63,299 nt of DNA, filler included, from Octopus bimaculoides (GCF_001194135.2; 6 parts of 5 records of this genome joined end to end with filler, not necessarily neighbours in it); one strand, 5' to 3'. Counted from the whole stretch's first letter, positions 11,291 to 23,021 are shown. Notes: generated from the letters alone by a model not told the origin. Program-made: numbers and translations.

Positions 11291-14200
11291 ATTGGTGAAA
11301 GATATATGCTTCATGATGGAATTGCTGGTGAACTAGTACGTCAAACAAAATACTTTGTCATACTTCTTCTGCCCAGGCTGCACAGACACTCCCTTGTCAC
11401 TCTCTCAAATCAGAAATGTAGTAATTAATCGACTTAATCCCTTTGTCTGTCCCCTCTATGTTTAGCCCCTTGTGAGCAATAAAGAAATAAGTAATTAATG
11501 CATAAGATGTGCATGTACAACGTTATTGCTTCCAATGTATGCTATAAGAAAGAAAACATATTAAAAAAAAATTCTGGGCAAGAAGAAAAAAAAACTAACT
11601 TCTGGACAATACGAAAAAAAAAAAAAATCAATTTCTGGACTTCTGCACAATAATTAAAAAAAACAAAAGCAATCTGAACAATAAGTAAAAAAAAGCATTT
11701 CTGACAATAGGTAAAAAAACCCAAAAAACTCGGCGACAATAAGATATAAAAAACAACTTCTGGACTTCTGTGCAATAAGTAAGCAGATTAGTTTCAGAAT
11801 GATTCTATCAAATTACTTACTTCACTGTGGCAGTCAGCATCGATTGCTATGTCAATTAATGTCGACTCACTAGGGGGTAAATCCCAGAAATCCCAGGTAG
11901 ATGGTTTGCATTTATTACAAGCACAATGTGCTTGATTGAGTCCTGTATAATCATCCTCATCCGAACAATGTACATCGTTTTGACTGCAGCCCACATTAAT
12001 TAAACTGGAAACGTTTTCATTGGAATAACTATATAAATCGTCTAATAAAGGCCAAGTTCGTATCTGTGACTTTTCCGTGTTTTTCTCTTGGCCACAGCTA
12101 TTGAAGTCTTCGGCAACTCCCCCGGTTGGCAGAGCTTTGCTGGCTTTATCTGCCTCTGTGTTTAAACTATCAACAATGTTCCATGATGGAGGTAGAGCTT
12201 GGTCGGGATCACAAACATTTAAAATGTCCAAGCTGCTTGAACTGCTGTAATTAACAAGCGACGGCCGAGAGCTCTGTAAATTACCCAACACAGGATCGGT
12301 GGGGTTACAGTTGCCAGACCGTTCCTTAACAGGGGCACTGTTTCTCATGTATCTCCAATTCCCTTTTGCCCCTTGCTTTGAAGGCAATGGCGGCAACTTG
12401 AATTCTTCATTGTCCTTTGAGTTATTTTCTGTTGTATTTTCATGTCGTTTAGATACAATTCCAGAACGTTTCCGTAACCTCCAGTGAGGTGTCACAGTTT
12501 TTGCTGCAGCATCTGAATCAGTTTCACTCGAGTGACTCAAACCCAAACAGGGTACGTTAGAATGTAACGCAGCTAAGCAGCCACCGGCTATTAAGGGTAC
12601 ATTTTCAACTGTTTCTGAAGAAGAAAGAAAACCTAAATATTACAACATATATAGCTTAAAATCAATTCAAAATCATAGGAGTAAGTGGTTACAGTTTGAA
12701 GATGAATAAATAATGTAGATTCATTTCAAAAGAATAAAACTAATGACTAGGTATTTGTAGAAAACGCAACTATACTGAGTGTGTGTGTGCACGAATGTGT
12801 GTGTGTGTGTGCATGCACATGCGCATGTACAGAGGAGTACTTTTGGTTCCATATGCATTTGAAGAGTCTTATAGAATAGTGAGCATATATGTATATATGG
12901 TGTTGACAAGTGATCAAGGCCTTTGGCTATTTGCCGTGCTTGAGAAGTCTTGCCAAAGCCAAGTGACATTGTAGTTGTAGCTGATGTCATATAACTGGCA
13001 TGTAAAAAGCACACTCCTGGAGTGGTTGGCATTAGGAAGGGCGTGCCAAATCAGACTGGAACTTGGCACAGCTCTCTACTTTCAGTCAAACTGTCTAACC
13101 CCTAACCCATGCCTCACTTCCCCCCACCCCAACTTATATGTATCACTGGTTATCTCCACCCCTTATCCATCAACATCCATTAACTCTTTAGCATTAAAAC
13201 CAGATGTATCCAGCTCAAATATTCTACCTGTTTTATGATTAAACCAGCCAGATCTGTAAAAATATACAATCACATAAAAATCTCAAAACCACAATACATT
13301 AATAATTCAAAAGAAAGAGAATAAATAAGCATTACAGTTGACAAAACAATCTAAATGCTAAAGGGTTAAATCCATTTTTCAAGCTTTTCCAACTTTTACA
13401 GTTGTCACCTACTCTCCCCTAACTTCTTCACTTATCATCCCCCAACACCTGTTCTTCATTATATCCACCACCCACTCACTCATTCCCCATCTCTAACCAC
13501 CTCTCACTTTCCCATACATTCTTACTACTTCTACCCACCTGCATTCCTTGTTTCCCTGCCCCCACTCACTTCTGCTACTCACCTTGTACCTTGAGGATCC
13601 AACCTGATGCCTCTTCACTACTGCTTTATCTCACTCCAGTTCCAGCCTGATCACTTCCACTCACTTTCCTATTATGTGAGTAGTTATATAGCTCTTCTAC
13701 AGCAAGAAACCTGTTCTGTTCTAATCCCTTCTCTTGTTTCCTAGCATAATTCTATCTTGCTCTCAGCTAGGCTTGTCAAAGTCCTTCAGGCACTATTCCT
13801 GACCTCATCAATATATAATCTGAACATGTGTTTTTTATTAGCACAATAACTATTCTAGGATTCAACAAAATATATTCCAACACATAAGTTCACATCAAAA
13901 ACATTCCAAACCAAATAAAATAATAAAATAATAATAATGTGAGAATTCAATAACGATACAGGTAACAACAAACACATTCAAATTTTACCTTCTAATCCCC
14001 CTTTCATTTTCTTCTTTTGTCGTAAGTAATTTTTAGTTCCTTCGTGTATGGAATCAGACGAACAAGCAGTTTCTCCATTGCGGTGCTTTCTTAAAGTCTG
14101 AGATTTTCGTTTCTGTTTCTTAGGTTCTTGTTCCTCGTTTTGAGCAGTTCCCCGGTATTGCTGATGTGAAGAATTCCGTATGTAATCATCTTCGAATATT

Positions 14201-15393
14201 GAACTACAATCAGTTATGTCTGAATCACTACTGGACAATTCAAAGAAGCTCTTATCATCACTACTTATGAGACGGCTCAGCCTACACTCCAGCATCTTAA
14301 AGGTCTGAGGTTGAATACTATGTGAACTGTCTTCGAAGGAACATACGGGCGACGTTGATATTTTGGTGACGGCTGTAAAAGGAGACGACGCAGTCTTCAG
14401 CTGATGAGGGTAAGAAATAATTTGTTTCTGATAACGACTTAGGTTTAAGTCTGTGTGTGAAGAAGACAACATGCAGTTTGAGTTATTATGGTCTGTGATT
14501 TGGGGGAGGTCACAATCATCTGCACGTAAATTAAACATTCCAGGGCTTCGTTCAAGCATGCAACTGTCAGTCTTTGGGTCGATTTCATTTTCAGATTTCG
14601 AACAATTATCATCTTTTTGGTGTTTAGTATAAGGCGTTGGTTTGGGCAGTGAAATAGCAACAGAATTTTTTAATAATTCTGCTTGGTTATCTATGTTTAT
14701 ATCGACATTGGCAGAGTCTACTGTTGACAATAAGGGCATTTTATTTGTAGACAGAATAGGAGAAGGGTTAGGCATATCATTTAGAAGCTTCGATGTTTCA
14801 CAAACGGCAATCGAATCATTATCCAATAAATTTCTTCTTGCCAAATGGTAGCGACTGTTTCTCATTGCCCCCTTACCTTTCAATGGCAAGGTTTGTGTGG
14901 AAAAGTGAAATGTCTGATTGACGTAACTAGTTAAGGGAGACGACACAGCAAAAGATGAAGTTGAAGACGATAAAGCTTTACGTAAGGCCTTTCCTGCATT
15001 TTTCCATCTTTGCAAAGGTTCGTCGTGGTTGCAAGGATTCTCTTGAATAGAATTTAAAGGTTTTATATCTGGTAAAATGGAATGACGGTTCGACAGAAAG
15101 CTGCTTGACGTAGTCAAGGAAGAAAAATTTAAGTCTACAGAGGCATTTTCCTGACAAGCATTTTCTTGCCCTTCATCAGTTTTCTGACTGAAACGTGCTG
15201 ACTTGGACTTACTTAACGTCAAAAGAGATGAGTAAACTTTAGGTCTTGCCCCTTTTATAGTAATTGAAGTGGCGGTAACATTGCTGTGGGGTAAATCATC
15301 AGGATTTTCTGTGCCACTTGCGTCATCCGAAGAATCAGATGGGTTTTCATTCATAGATAAATGTTGCTGTGGATTTTGCTGATTATCCTGCAT
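1142..15393 (-). CDS. PJA2: Praja-like RING-H2 E3 ubiquitin-protein ligase, spliced CDS join(15393-13989,12614-11821,10021-9744,8944-8833,8306-8186,4274-4159,1177-1142), about 953 aa
   Basis: Seven exons with GT-AG boundaries and matching phases (1,0,2,0,1,0) total 2862 nt, one open frame. Long S/D/E-rich N-terminus, then PPPA...LQTVVVTQEDV linker and RING-H2 C-P-I-C-x14-C-Q-H-L-F-H-x2-C-x3-W-x2-K-SGTCPVCR. The WLxKSGTCPVCR end matches PJA1/PJA2 as I recall them. An in-frame ATG at 15414 is an alternative start. Confidence 0.85.
1427..1775 (+). mobile_element. SINE A copy
   Basis: Same head, core and tail. Preceded by a 3' fragment of another copy (1365-1423). Confidence 0.85.
2571..2761 (+). 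mobile_element. TTAA-site (piggyBac-type) MITE, forward orientation
   Basis: Termini ccctttagca...tgttaaaggg, flanked by TTAG and TTAA. Confidence 0.8.
3106..3326 (-). mobile_element. Same TTAA-site MITE family, reverse orientation
   Basis: TTAA|cgctttagtg...cactaaaggg|TTAA. Its reverse complement aligns with 2571-2761. Confidence 0.8.
4159..4274 (-). CDS. PJA2: Praja-like gene, coding exon 6 (RING-H2, first six ligands)
   Basis: Acceptor ttttcatttcaag|AT. Reads (N)EEASCPICLCPWELEEKMAKLPCQHLFHMLCIRAWLIK. Donor AAG|gtaagc, phase 0. Confidence 0.93.
5713..5945 (-). mobile_element. SINE B copy with a 10-bp TSD
   Basis: tactgtttct at 5703-5712 and 5949-5958. Confidence 0.85.
6340..6840 (-). 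mobile_element. Family D retroposon ((GAT)n tail, RTE-like 3' end) with five internal 64-71 bp tandem units
   Basis: On the plus strand: catcatcatc gtttaacgtcc..ttccatgc..gcatgggttggacg...ggatgcccttcc.taacgcc. Other copies at 7822-7962, 8570-8630, 13010-13120, 16000-16110 and 16537-16723. Confidence 0.75.
7581..7789 (+). mobile_element. SINE family B (tRNA-like head plus Nin/Deu-like domain gaggtcgactttgcctttcatcctttcgggg), nested in a SINE A with a 17-bp TSD
   Basis: gaaactgaaagaattcc (7564-7580) and gaaactgaaagaatccc (7790-7806) flank the element. Confidence 0.9.
8186..8306 (-). CDS. PJA2: Praja-like gene, coding exon 5 (121 nt)
   Basis: Acceptor tttctctttaacag|AAT. Reads NVILQMLAVHPDLLNDQAPPPAPLTLIENLQTVVVTQEDV. 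Donor GTCA|gtaagt, phase 1. Confidence 0.9.
8833..8944 (-). CDS. PJA2: Praja-like gene, coding exon 4 (112 nt)
   Basis: Acceptor aatttcag|G. Reads (W)STALSEDSQLDIAELNPLDLLLMRQDARRDMLELMFQ. Donor CAG|gtaaga, phase 0. Confidence 0.9.
9190..9615. mobile_element. Inverted pair of SINE A copies (9190-9460 plus; 9461-9615 minus, internally deleted)
   Basis: The head sequence is present forward at 9190 and reverse-complemented ending at 9615. Confidence 0.8.
9744..10021 (-). CDS. PJA2: Praja-like gene, coding exon 3 (278 nt)
   Basis: Acceptor ttttttcccgttgcag|TCT. Reads SDTHSDLERDSDS...DHNH. Donor CACTG|gtaaat, phase 2. Confidence 0.9.
10300..10690 (-). mobile_element. Possible decayed hAT (Charlie/Buster-type) transposase N-terminal remnant within an intron
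   Basis: KYDEEFI...KPFCQVCCTVIESSCKP resembles the Buster RKYD..Y....KPQCVIC..VL..ESMKP zinc-finger region. Stops downstream. Confidence 0.3.
11821..12614 (-). CDS. PJA2: Praja-like gene, coding exon 2 (794 nt)
   Basis: Acceptor tttctttcttcttcag|AA at 12614. Reads TVENVPLIAGG...DADCHSE. Donor GAA|gtaagt at 11821, phase 0. Confidence 0.9.
13184..13364 (+). mobile_element. TTAA-site MITE, further copy (a partial copy also lies at about 4548-4650)
   Basis: ttaa|ctctttagcatt...aatgctaaaggg|ttaa, with the same internal sequence. Confidence 0.7.
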
Positions 15394-15423
15394 CTTAGCA
15401 ACCCAAAACAACATTGAAACACC
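13989..15423 (-). CDS. PJA2: Praja-like gene, large first coding exon (Ser/Asp/Asn-rich, probably disordered)
   Basis: Acceptor ttttcatttcag|GGT at 15423. Open frame of about 478 codons (ORF 13978..15465). Donor GAAG|gtaaaa at 13989, phase 1. Confidence 0.9.
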
Positions 15424-17378
15424 CTGAAATGAAAACCAAAACTTATATAAATAAAAACAAATCATAAGGTCAAAGATTATAAATATTAAAATGTCAGTGT
15501 AAACAGAAATAATTAATTTGTCCTAATATTTAACACTGAAACAAAACAAAGCTTTCACTACCAGCATAACATTATAACAACATTATTACAACATTATTAT
15601 TAACTGACGGTTAAGCTAGGATTAAATACAGAATGCATCTGTATATTTGAATAATGTAGGGATACAAGAATGAAAAGTGAGGGAAATATGAGATTTGAGC
15701 CTGCATCCTTTGATAGAAAATCTTGGAATACTAACAAATACAAAGTGGTATTAAAAAGTTCCTGCATTAGTTCTGTGAGAGCTGGCAGTGAGATCATTGT
15801 GGTTACTTCGTAGTTTGTGAAACGAGTGTCACTGTCATACAGGCAACATTATTTGTTCCAGTCTTGGTCTTCTCTGGCAGCAAAACATGACTGACCAAGA
15901 GCAGGAAAATATTGCTACCTTGCTTGGAAACATACAGCCACCACTACCATCATCATCATCATCAGCAGCAGCAGCAGCATCGTTGATGTCATAGGTAAAG
16001 GTTGGTGACAGTAAGGACATCCAGCTGACGAAACTCTGCCACAACAAATTCCGACCCATGCAAGCATGGAAAGAGTGGACATTAAACAACGATGGTGATG
16101 GTGATGACGATGATGTATAATCTAATGAAACTAGAGATGATTGGTGCAGACAAAACTGATTAGTAAAAAGTCCGTAAGATGAAACAGAGCGTGACAGCTG
16201 AATATGTTGCATAGTGGAGACCTGTATAACAATGATGATTATGATGACAATGATGATGACGAAGAAGACACTGAAAAGCAGGAGGTGGAGGAGGAGGGTA
16301 ACACTGTTTTAACTAATGGCCAGCAGTGTAAATATACCTGACTAATATGTAGTGGACAGTTGTAATTATATCTAGACCACTTAACAGCAAACAAAACTAT
16401 CAAATTACTTCAATAATCCACTGATGTAATTGAAGCAGTCCAATAAAATGACTTAAATAAATGTCAATGATATTCATACATATGCTCTGATAGTGTGTGT
16501 GTGTGTGTGTGTGTGTGTGTTGTGGCATTATATATATCATCATCATCATCATCATCATTGTTTAACGTCTGCTTTCCATGCTAGCATGGGTTGGACGATT
16601 TGACTGAGGACTGGTGAAACCGGATGGCAACACCAGGCTCCAGTCTAATTTGGCAGAGTTTCTACAGCTGGATGCCCTTCCTAACACCAACCACTCAGAG
16701 AGTGTAGTGGGTGCTTTTACGTGNNNNNNNNNNNNNNNNNNNNNNNNNNNNNNNNNNNNNNNNNNNNNNNNNNNNNNNNNNNNNNNNNNNNNNNNNNNNN
16801 NNNNNNNNNNNNNNNNNNNNNNNNNNNNNNNNNNNNNNNNNNNNNNNNNNNNNNNNNNNNNNNNNNNNNNNNNNNNNNNNNNNNNNNNNNNNNNNNNNNN
16901 NNNNNNNNNNNNNNNNNNNNNNNNNNNNNNNNNNNNNNNNNNNNNNNNNNNNNNNNNNNNNNNNNNNNNNNNNNNNNNNNNNNNNNNNNNNNNNNNNNNN
17001 NNNNNNNNNNNNNNNNNNNNNNNNNNNNNNNNNNNNNNNNNNNNNNNNNNNNNNNNNNNNNNNNNNNNNNNNNNNNNNNNNNNNNNNNNNNNNNNNNNNN
17101 NNNNNNNNNNNNNNNNNNNNNNNNNNNNNNNNNNNNNNNNNNNNNNNNNNNNNNNNNNNNNNNNNNNNNNNNNNNNNNNNNNNNNNNNNNNNNNNNNNNN
17201 NNNNNNNNNNNNNNNNNNNNNNNNNNNNNNNNNNNNNNNNNNNNNNNNNNNNNNNNNNNNNNNNNNNNNNNNNNNNNNNNNNNNNNNNNNNNNNNNNNNN
17301 NNNNNNNNNNNNNNNNNNNNNNNNNNNNNNNNNNNNNNNNNNNNNNNNNNNNNNNNNNNNNNNNNNNNNNNNNNNNNN

Positions 17379-17414
<36 letters not shown>

Positions 17415-17832
17415 AATGTTTGTTTTTATGTTCAGTTATAATAAAAGCGATTTTACATTAAACTGATGGATTACTCTATACTTTTGTAGATGACAAATTT
17501 AGTATTCTTACCCAAGAATGTTGTCGACAGTGACTTGGAACTTTCAGCTAGCTTAGCCACCATTGGACAGTCTAAAGTGAACATTGACACACACAACAAT
17601 GTTTGCACCATTATGATGGCATTAAGGGGAGGGGTGGAAGTCAACATAGAAAATAAATAATTTTAATTCAGTACACAGATGTGCTTCTATACTTGATTGA
17701 TTGTTTGAATGACTGATTAATTGACTGACAAACAGACAGATAAAAACATGTACATACACAATGCCGAACAACCATACAACACTATACATACATGAAGGAT
17801 GTGTGTGTGTGTGTGTGTGTGTGTAATGTAAC

Positions 17833-18005
17833 CTCGTGGACAATTTTTTCTTCCTCCGTTTTCCCTTCTTTGGACTTTCCTTGTTTCCGACGAAGAACTC
17901 CGCTCGAAGCGTCATACTCTCTCTCTCTTTCCTTTCCCGAGCGTCTAATAACACTATCCGTATCACGTCCTCACGTTGTTGTTTTTTTGTCTTTTTCCTT
18001 TTTTT
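17833..18005 (-). promoter_or_regulatory. Candidate first (non-coding) exon or promoter-proximal segment of the Praja-like gene
   Basis: Unique, CpG-enriched stretch about 2.4 kb upstream of the first coding exon. Only a weak donor (GAG|gttaca). No ATG-initiated frame. Confidence 0.25.
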
Positions 18006-18024
18006 GAACTTATATATATAATAT

Positions 18025-18065
<41 letters not shown>

Positions 18066-18144
18066 TTGCAAGATTTTTTATGTGAAATCGTGTGTTGAAA
18101 CAGATGTTGTTGTACTTGGGGATGGTCATGTTGCCAGTTTAGCC

Positions 18145-18244
18145 NNNNNNNNNNNNNNNNNNNNNNNNNNNNNNNNNNNNNNNNNNNNTTAATTAATTAA
18201 NNNNNNNNNNNNNNNNNNNNNNNNNNNNNNNNNNNNNNNNNNNN
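18145..18244. other. Assembly spacer: 44 N + TTAATTAATTAA + 44 N (also centred at 27387, 37900, 50990, 60961)
   Basis: Identical 100-bp geometry at five sites. The 12-mer has stops in all six frames. Confidence 0.95.
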
Positions 18245-19103
18245 ATATATATATATATATAAAAATATACACATATATATATACATATATATAAGTCATT
18301 ATATATATAATATAAATAATATATATATGCATATGTACATACATGTACATGCTTACATATATATACACATACAAACGTAGACAACATGAAAAACGAGAGC
18401 ATGAATTACAAAAACATGGAAAAGGAACTTTTTTTGAACAACGAAAGAAACAAATAGAAAAACGAGACAGGCAATCCCTTCATCAGTTGTCCACTGTTTT
18501 GTCTACTCTGCATTTCGAATATTATATACGATATATGTGTGTGTGTGTGTATATACATACACACATATATACTCATACACGCATACACAAACACATACAC
18601 ACATACACACATACATACATACATACACACATACATACATACATACATACATACATACATACATACATACACACATACATACATACATACATAAAGTAAA
18701 GGTGGACACAGCACTAAAGTATGTTTAAAGATTTTGTTATTTGTTATTTTAAGAGACTTTTATAAAACATGACCGCTTTCGCTGTGTATGTTCATCTTAA
18801 CAAATATCAAAAATGAGGAAATAAGACAAAATTGGAAATTAAAAACAGTTTGTTCTCATATTTTATGCGAAGTTAAGAACATGTTTGTTTCAAAATTCCC
18901 GACCACATGGTTCTGGGTTCAGTCCCACCGCATGGCACTTTGGGTAAAATTTCAGTGATCATCGGCGTCGGATCACCAAAACCTTGTGAGTGGATTTGAT
19001 GAAAACTAATAGACGTTTGTCGTATACACATATATATATACATACATAAATATGTGTGTGTGTAGTCTTTGTGTGTGTTGTGTGTATGTGTGTGTGTATG
19101 TGC

Positions 19104-19138
<35 letters not shown>

Positions 19139-20125
19139 TTTGTGCCTGTGTATGTGCTTCACCANNNNNNNNNNNNNNNNNNNNNNNNNNNNNNNNNNNN
19201 NNNNNNNNNNNNNNNNNNNNNNNNNNNNNNNNNNNNNNNNNNNNNNNNNNNNNNNNNNNNNNNNNNNNNNNNNNNNNNNNNNNNNNNNNNNNNNNNNNNN
19301 NNNNNNNNNNNNNNNNNNNNNNNNNNNNNNNNNNNNNNNNNNNNNNNNNNNNNNNNNNNNNNNNNNNNNNNNNNNNNNNNNNNNNNNNNNNNNNNNNNNN
19401 NNNNNNNNNNNNNNNNNNNNNNNNNNNNNNNNNNNNNNNNNNNNNNNNNNNNNNNNNNNNNNNNNNNNNNNNNNNNNNNNNNNNNNNNNNNNNNNNNNNN
19501 NNNNNNNNNNNNNNNNNNNNNNNNNNNNNNNNNNNNNNNNNNNNNNNNNNNNNNNNNNNNNNNNNNNNNNNNNNNNNNNNNNNNNNNNNNNNNNNNNNNN
19601 NNNNNNNNNNNNNNNNNNNNNNNNNNNNNNNNNNNNNNNNNNNNNNNNNNNNNNNNNNNNNNNNNNNNNNNNNNNNNNNNNNNNNNNNNNNNNNNNNNNN
19701 NNNNNNNNNNNNNNNNNNNNNNNNNTTAGATATTTTTCCCATCTGGTACTTGGAAGTTTTGACCAATTTCTGAAATTTGGTGCCAAATTTCTAATGAACT
19801 ATTTGTTAGATTCTTACGTTTAAATTGCACTGGACGACACCTTCGCGCGTCAGAAATTATTACGATGATCCGGTGTAATTCAAATATGAAATGGATTCGA
19901 TTTTGAATTAATTTTCTGAGAGTAACGTCTGCACCTTTATTGAGCTTCCACACAGTTTCCGTCTATCAAATTCATTGGTCGACTTAGGGCAATAGTAGGA
20001 GGCACTTGCCTAAGGTATCACGCAGTAGGACTGAACCCGAAGTGGTTGCAAAGCATACATGCATACATACATGCATACATACATACATACATACATACAT
20101 ACATACATACATACATACATACATG

Positions 20126-20733
20126 CGGCACGATGTTGTTGCTAAAACAATTTACAATGCCATCTTCAAAAAACAGCTGTCCTGAAACAAACTTAGAAAA
20201 TCCCTCTGTTGTAGAATACATTCATGAACACCAACTGAAGGAATGCTGGGGGAGTATTCCCATCAAAAATTCTGTCAAATGTAAACAGAACAGGTCGGAT
20301 ATTGTTGTTTGGGACAGAGGGGCAGAGGCATGTACCGTCATAGAGGTCAGCTGCCCTGTAGATATAAATATCTCTTTGAAAATCAAAGAAAAAGAGGATA
20401 TCTATGGACAACTACTTCGAAACTTCCAGTTTCTTTATCCAAACTATGAATTCATATTCATACCAATAATAATTGGAGCAGTAGGTTCTGTTAGTAAATG
20501 CTTAAAGGCGAATCTGGATAAACTGGGATTTTCAGAAAGAGAAATCGACCAGCTAATTCGTACCTTACAAGTGCAGTCTATGAGTGGAACAGTAAAAATA
20601 TGCAAGACTTTTCTCAAGTTCCAAATGTGAATTTGTCTGTGTTAACTACATCCCAAAGATGAAGCCTTGTATCTTTGTTTGAAACCGGCTCCTTTCTCGG
20701 TGGAAGATTTATAATAATTAAAAAATATAATAG
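20126..20733 (+). mobile_element. 5'-truncated RLE-type (R2-group, R4/Dong-like) non-LTR retrotransposon, copy 1
   Basis: RHDVVAKTIYNAI motif, then a frameshift in an A run, then RSDIVVWD...IEVSCPVDINI..K..EK..Y (degenerate PD-(D/E)xK endonuclease) ...PIIIGAVG...GTVKICKTFLKFQM*, then a 3' UTR. Flanked by (CATA)n. Confidence 0.8.
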
Positions 20734-21204
20734 ACATACATTCAAACATACATACATCGTCATTTCATATGAAGTATAACAAAGCTTAAAACAGGAAAAA
20801 GCAACCACATTATTGAATGCCCCTTGACTCGCTAGAGACAATAAACCCTTAAACAGGTCCTGCTTTTCATCCTGCAGGATGCCCCAAATCGCCCTCTTCA
20901 CCATCCAAACCCAATACGATTACTATGCTTAATCACCAACGACCCGAACGTATTACAGGTTGTACTGGGTTACATGTTACCATTAACGATTTCAAGCGAC
21001 CAGACATACATACATTTATGATGGGCAACCGCACAATTTTCCCTCTACCAAATTCCACTTATAATTCATTACTCATCCCGCTACCCATGGTTGAACAAAC
21101 TCAAGGTTTCAAACAATGGGGTCAAACCCGCATCCACGTGATTACGAAGCAAGCCGTACAACCGTAACTACTAATGCTTCTTTTTCACACACAACCTTAT
21201 CTAC

Positions 21205-21410
21205 ATTTCTCTCTCTCCCTCTCCCTCATTCTCTCTCTCTCTCTCTCTTTCCCCCTCTCCCTCATTCTCTCTCTCTCTCTCTTTCCCCCTCTCCCTTGAT
21301 TTCTGTCTTACTCCCCTCGCTCTCTCTTACTCCCCCTCTCACTTACTCCCTTCTCACACTCTTTTTCTTCCTTCTCTCTCTCTCCCTGCTCTCTTTCTTC
21401 CCTCTCCCTT

Positions 21411-21485
<75 letters not shown>

Positions 21486-21665
21486 GCACACTCTTACACA
21501 TCTTCAGTCCATTTCTCTTCAGAGTCAAGCTTTTATACTCTTTTCCTGCTTTTCATCCCTCCCTCTCACCCCCCCCTTCTCTTTTCTCTCTGTCTCTCTC
21601 TCTTTTTTCTCCCTTTTTCTTTTCACCTTGTCTCTCTCTCTCTCTTCCTCTGTTTCTCTCTCTCT
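21205..21665. repeat. (CT)n/(CA)n polypyrimidine microsatellite block
   Basis: Direct reading. Confidence 0.95.
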
Positions 21666-21951
21666 GTTTCCCACGTATTCTTCCTTTGCTCGTTATTCAT
21701 TACAATTCCATTTCTACTTCACCATTTAAGGAACCTCCACCCCTACACATGTCTTAATATATTCGTTTCTCATTCTTCTGTTCAAATAAGCTTCAAAGTT
21801 CAAGACAGAATAAATAAATAAATAAATAAATAAATGAATGAATAAGGCAGTTCTTGAGGAAACGAATTATCTCGGCAGGAATGGAAACAGCAACAAAAAG
21901 AAGAACCAGCAGAAAAAAAATCTTATCATCGTTCTCTTTTCTTCATTTCAG

Positions 21952-22038
21952 CCTTTAAAGAATTCGGATTAAAAGCTGCTTTATCTTCGTCCATGAAAGC
22001 AGCAGCAGATTGCAGAGTCGAGTTAAATATTTGATAAG
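21952..22038 (+). other. Orphan candidate non-coding exon (87 nt)
   Basis: Acceptor ttctcttttcttcatttcag| and donor AAG|gtaaga. Stop codons in all three frames. Confidence 0.35.
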
Positions 22039-22392
22039 GTAAGAAGAAATTATTAAAATATGCTAATACATATATAAGTGAAAGTAGGTGCGGTTCTTCC
22101 GGTTGCTTTTTCTGCTGTCGTCGTCGTCGTCGTCATTGTTGTTTCTGTTGTTTGTGTATACGCACGTATGTACTGTAGGTATGGAGGCGCAATGGCCTAG
22201 TGGTTAGGGCAGAGGACACGCGGTCGTAGGATCACGGTTTCTTTGTTAAGGGTACACGTGTCTGTGGAGTGCTCAGCCACTTGCACGTTAATTTCACGAG
22301 CAGGCTGTTCCGTTGATCGGATCAACTGGAACCCTCGTCGTCGTAAGCGACGGAGTGCTAACAACAACAACAACAACAAAGTACCGTATGTA

Positions 22393-22757
22393 GGGAGGCG
22401 CAATGGCCCAGTGGTGGTTAGGGCAGCGGACTCGCAGTCGTAGGATCGCGGTTTCGATTCCCAGACCGGGCGTTGTGAGTGTTTATTGAGCGAAAACACC
22501 TAAACCTCCACGAGGCTCCGGCAGGGGCTGGGTGGTGAACCCTGCTGCACTCTTTCACCACAACTTTCTCTCACTCTTTCTTCCTGTTTCTGTTGTACCT
22601 GTATTTCAAAGGGCCGGCCTTGTCAAACTCTGTGTCACGCTGAATCTCCCCGAGAACTACGTTAAAGGGTACACGTGTCTGTGGAGTGCTTAGCCACTTG
22701 CACCTTAATTTCACGAGCAGGCTGTTCCGTTGATCAGATTAACTGGAACGGAGTGCT
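22393..22757 (+). mobile_element. SINE family C (tRNA-like head ggaggcgcaatggcccagtggttagggcagcggactcg; (caa)n tail), preceded by an internally deleted copy at 22183-22380
   Basis: A-box-like tggcccagtgg and B-box-like ggtttcgattccc. Family copies at 42168-42550 (minus) and 55167-55447 (plus). Confidence 0.85.
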
Positions 22758-22914
22758 ACGATATAGTCGTACAAGCACGGGTAATATATATGCATTCCGC
22801 ACGTAAGTGCGAACTTAAAATCCAAGCGTCCATCATTTTAACCATATGATTATGTACTCGGAATAATTCTGCAGTAAATATGTTAGAAGAGTGAAGTAAT
22901 ATATATTTTTATAC

Positions 22915-23021
22915 ATAATAAGGATAAAGTCATTATTTAATGATTTATCAGTGGCCAACATACTAATAATATAAATTAAACATTATGGTATTATTAAATC
23001 ATTAAATAATAACTCTATCCT

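Noticed and set aside
16614-17466. Long ORFs made of X residues (also 18.9-19.8, 34.5-35.4, 36.4-37.3, 40.8-41.4, 47.0-47.8, 52.4-54.2, 58.4-59.1 kb)
   Set aside because: They span N gaps and are artefacts of translating unknown bases.
18189-18200. TTAATTAATTAA palindrome recurring five times
   Set aside because: Always centred in a 100-bp N block, so it is a scaffolding spacer and not biological.
20046-20630. 194-aa ORF as a host gene
   Set aside because: Its N-terminus is (CATA)n and the remainder is a frameshifted RLE LINE endonuclease.
22393-22470. tRNA-like sequences at SINE heads
   Set aside because: They have A/B-box similarity but continue into SINE bodies and lack a convincing cloverleaf or acceptor stem. 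Not called as tRNA genes.
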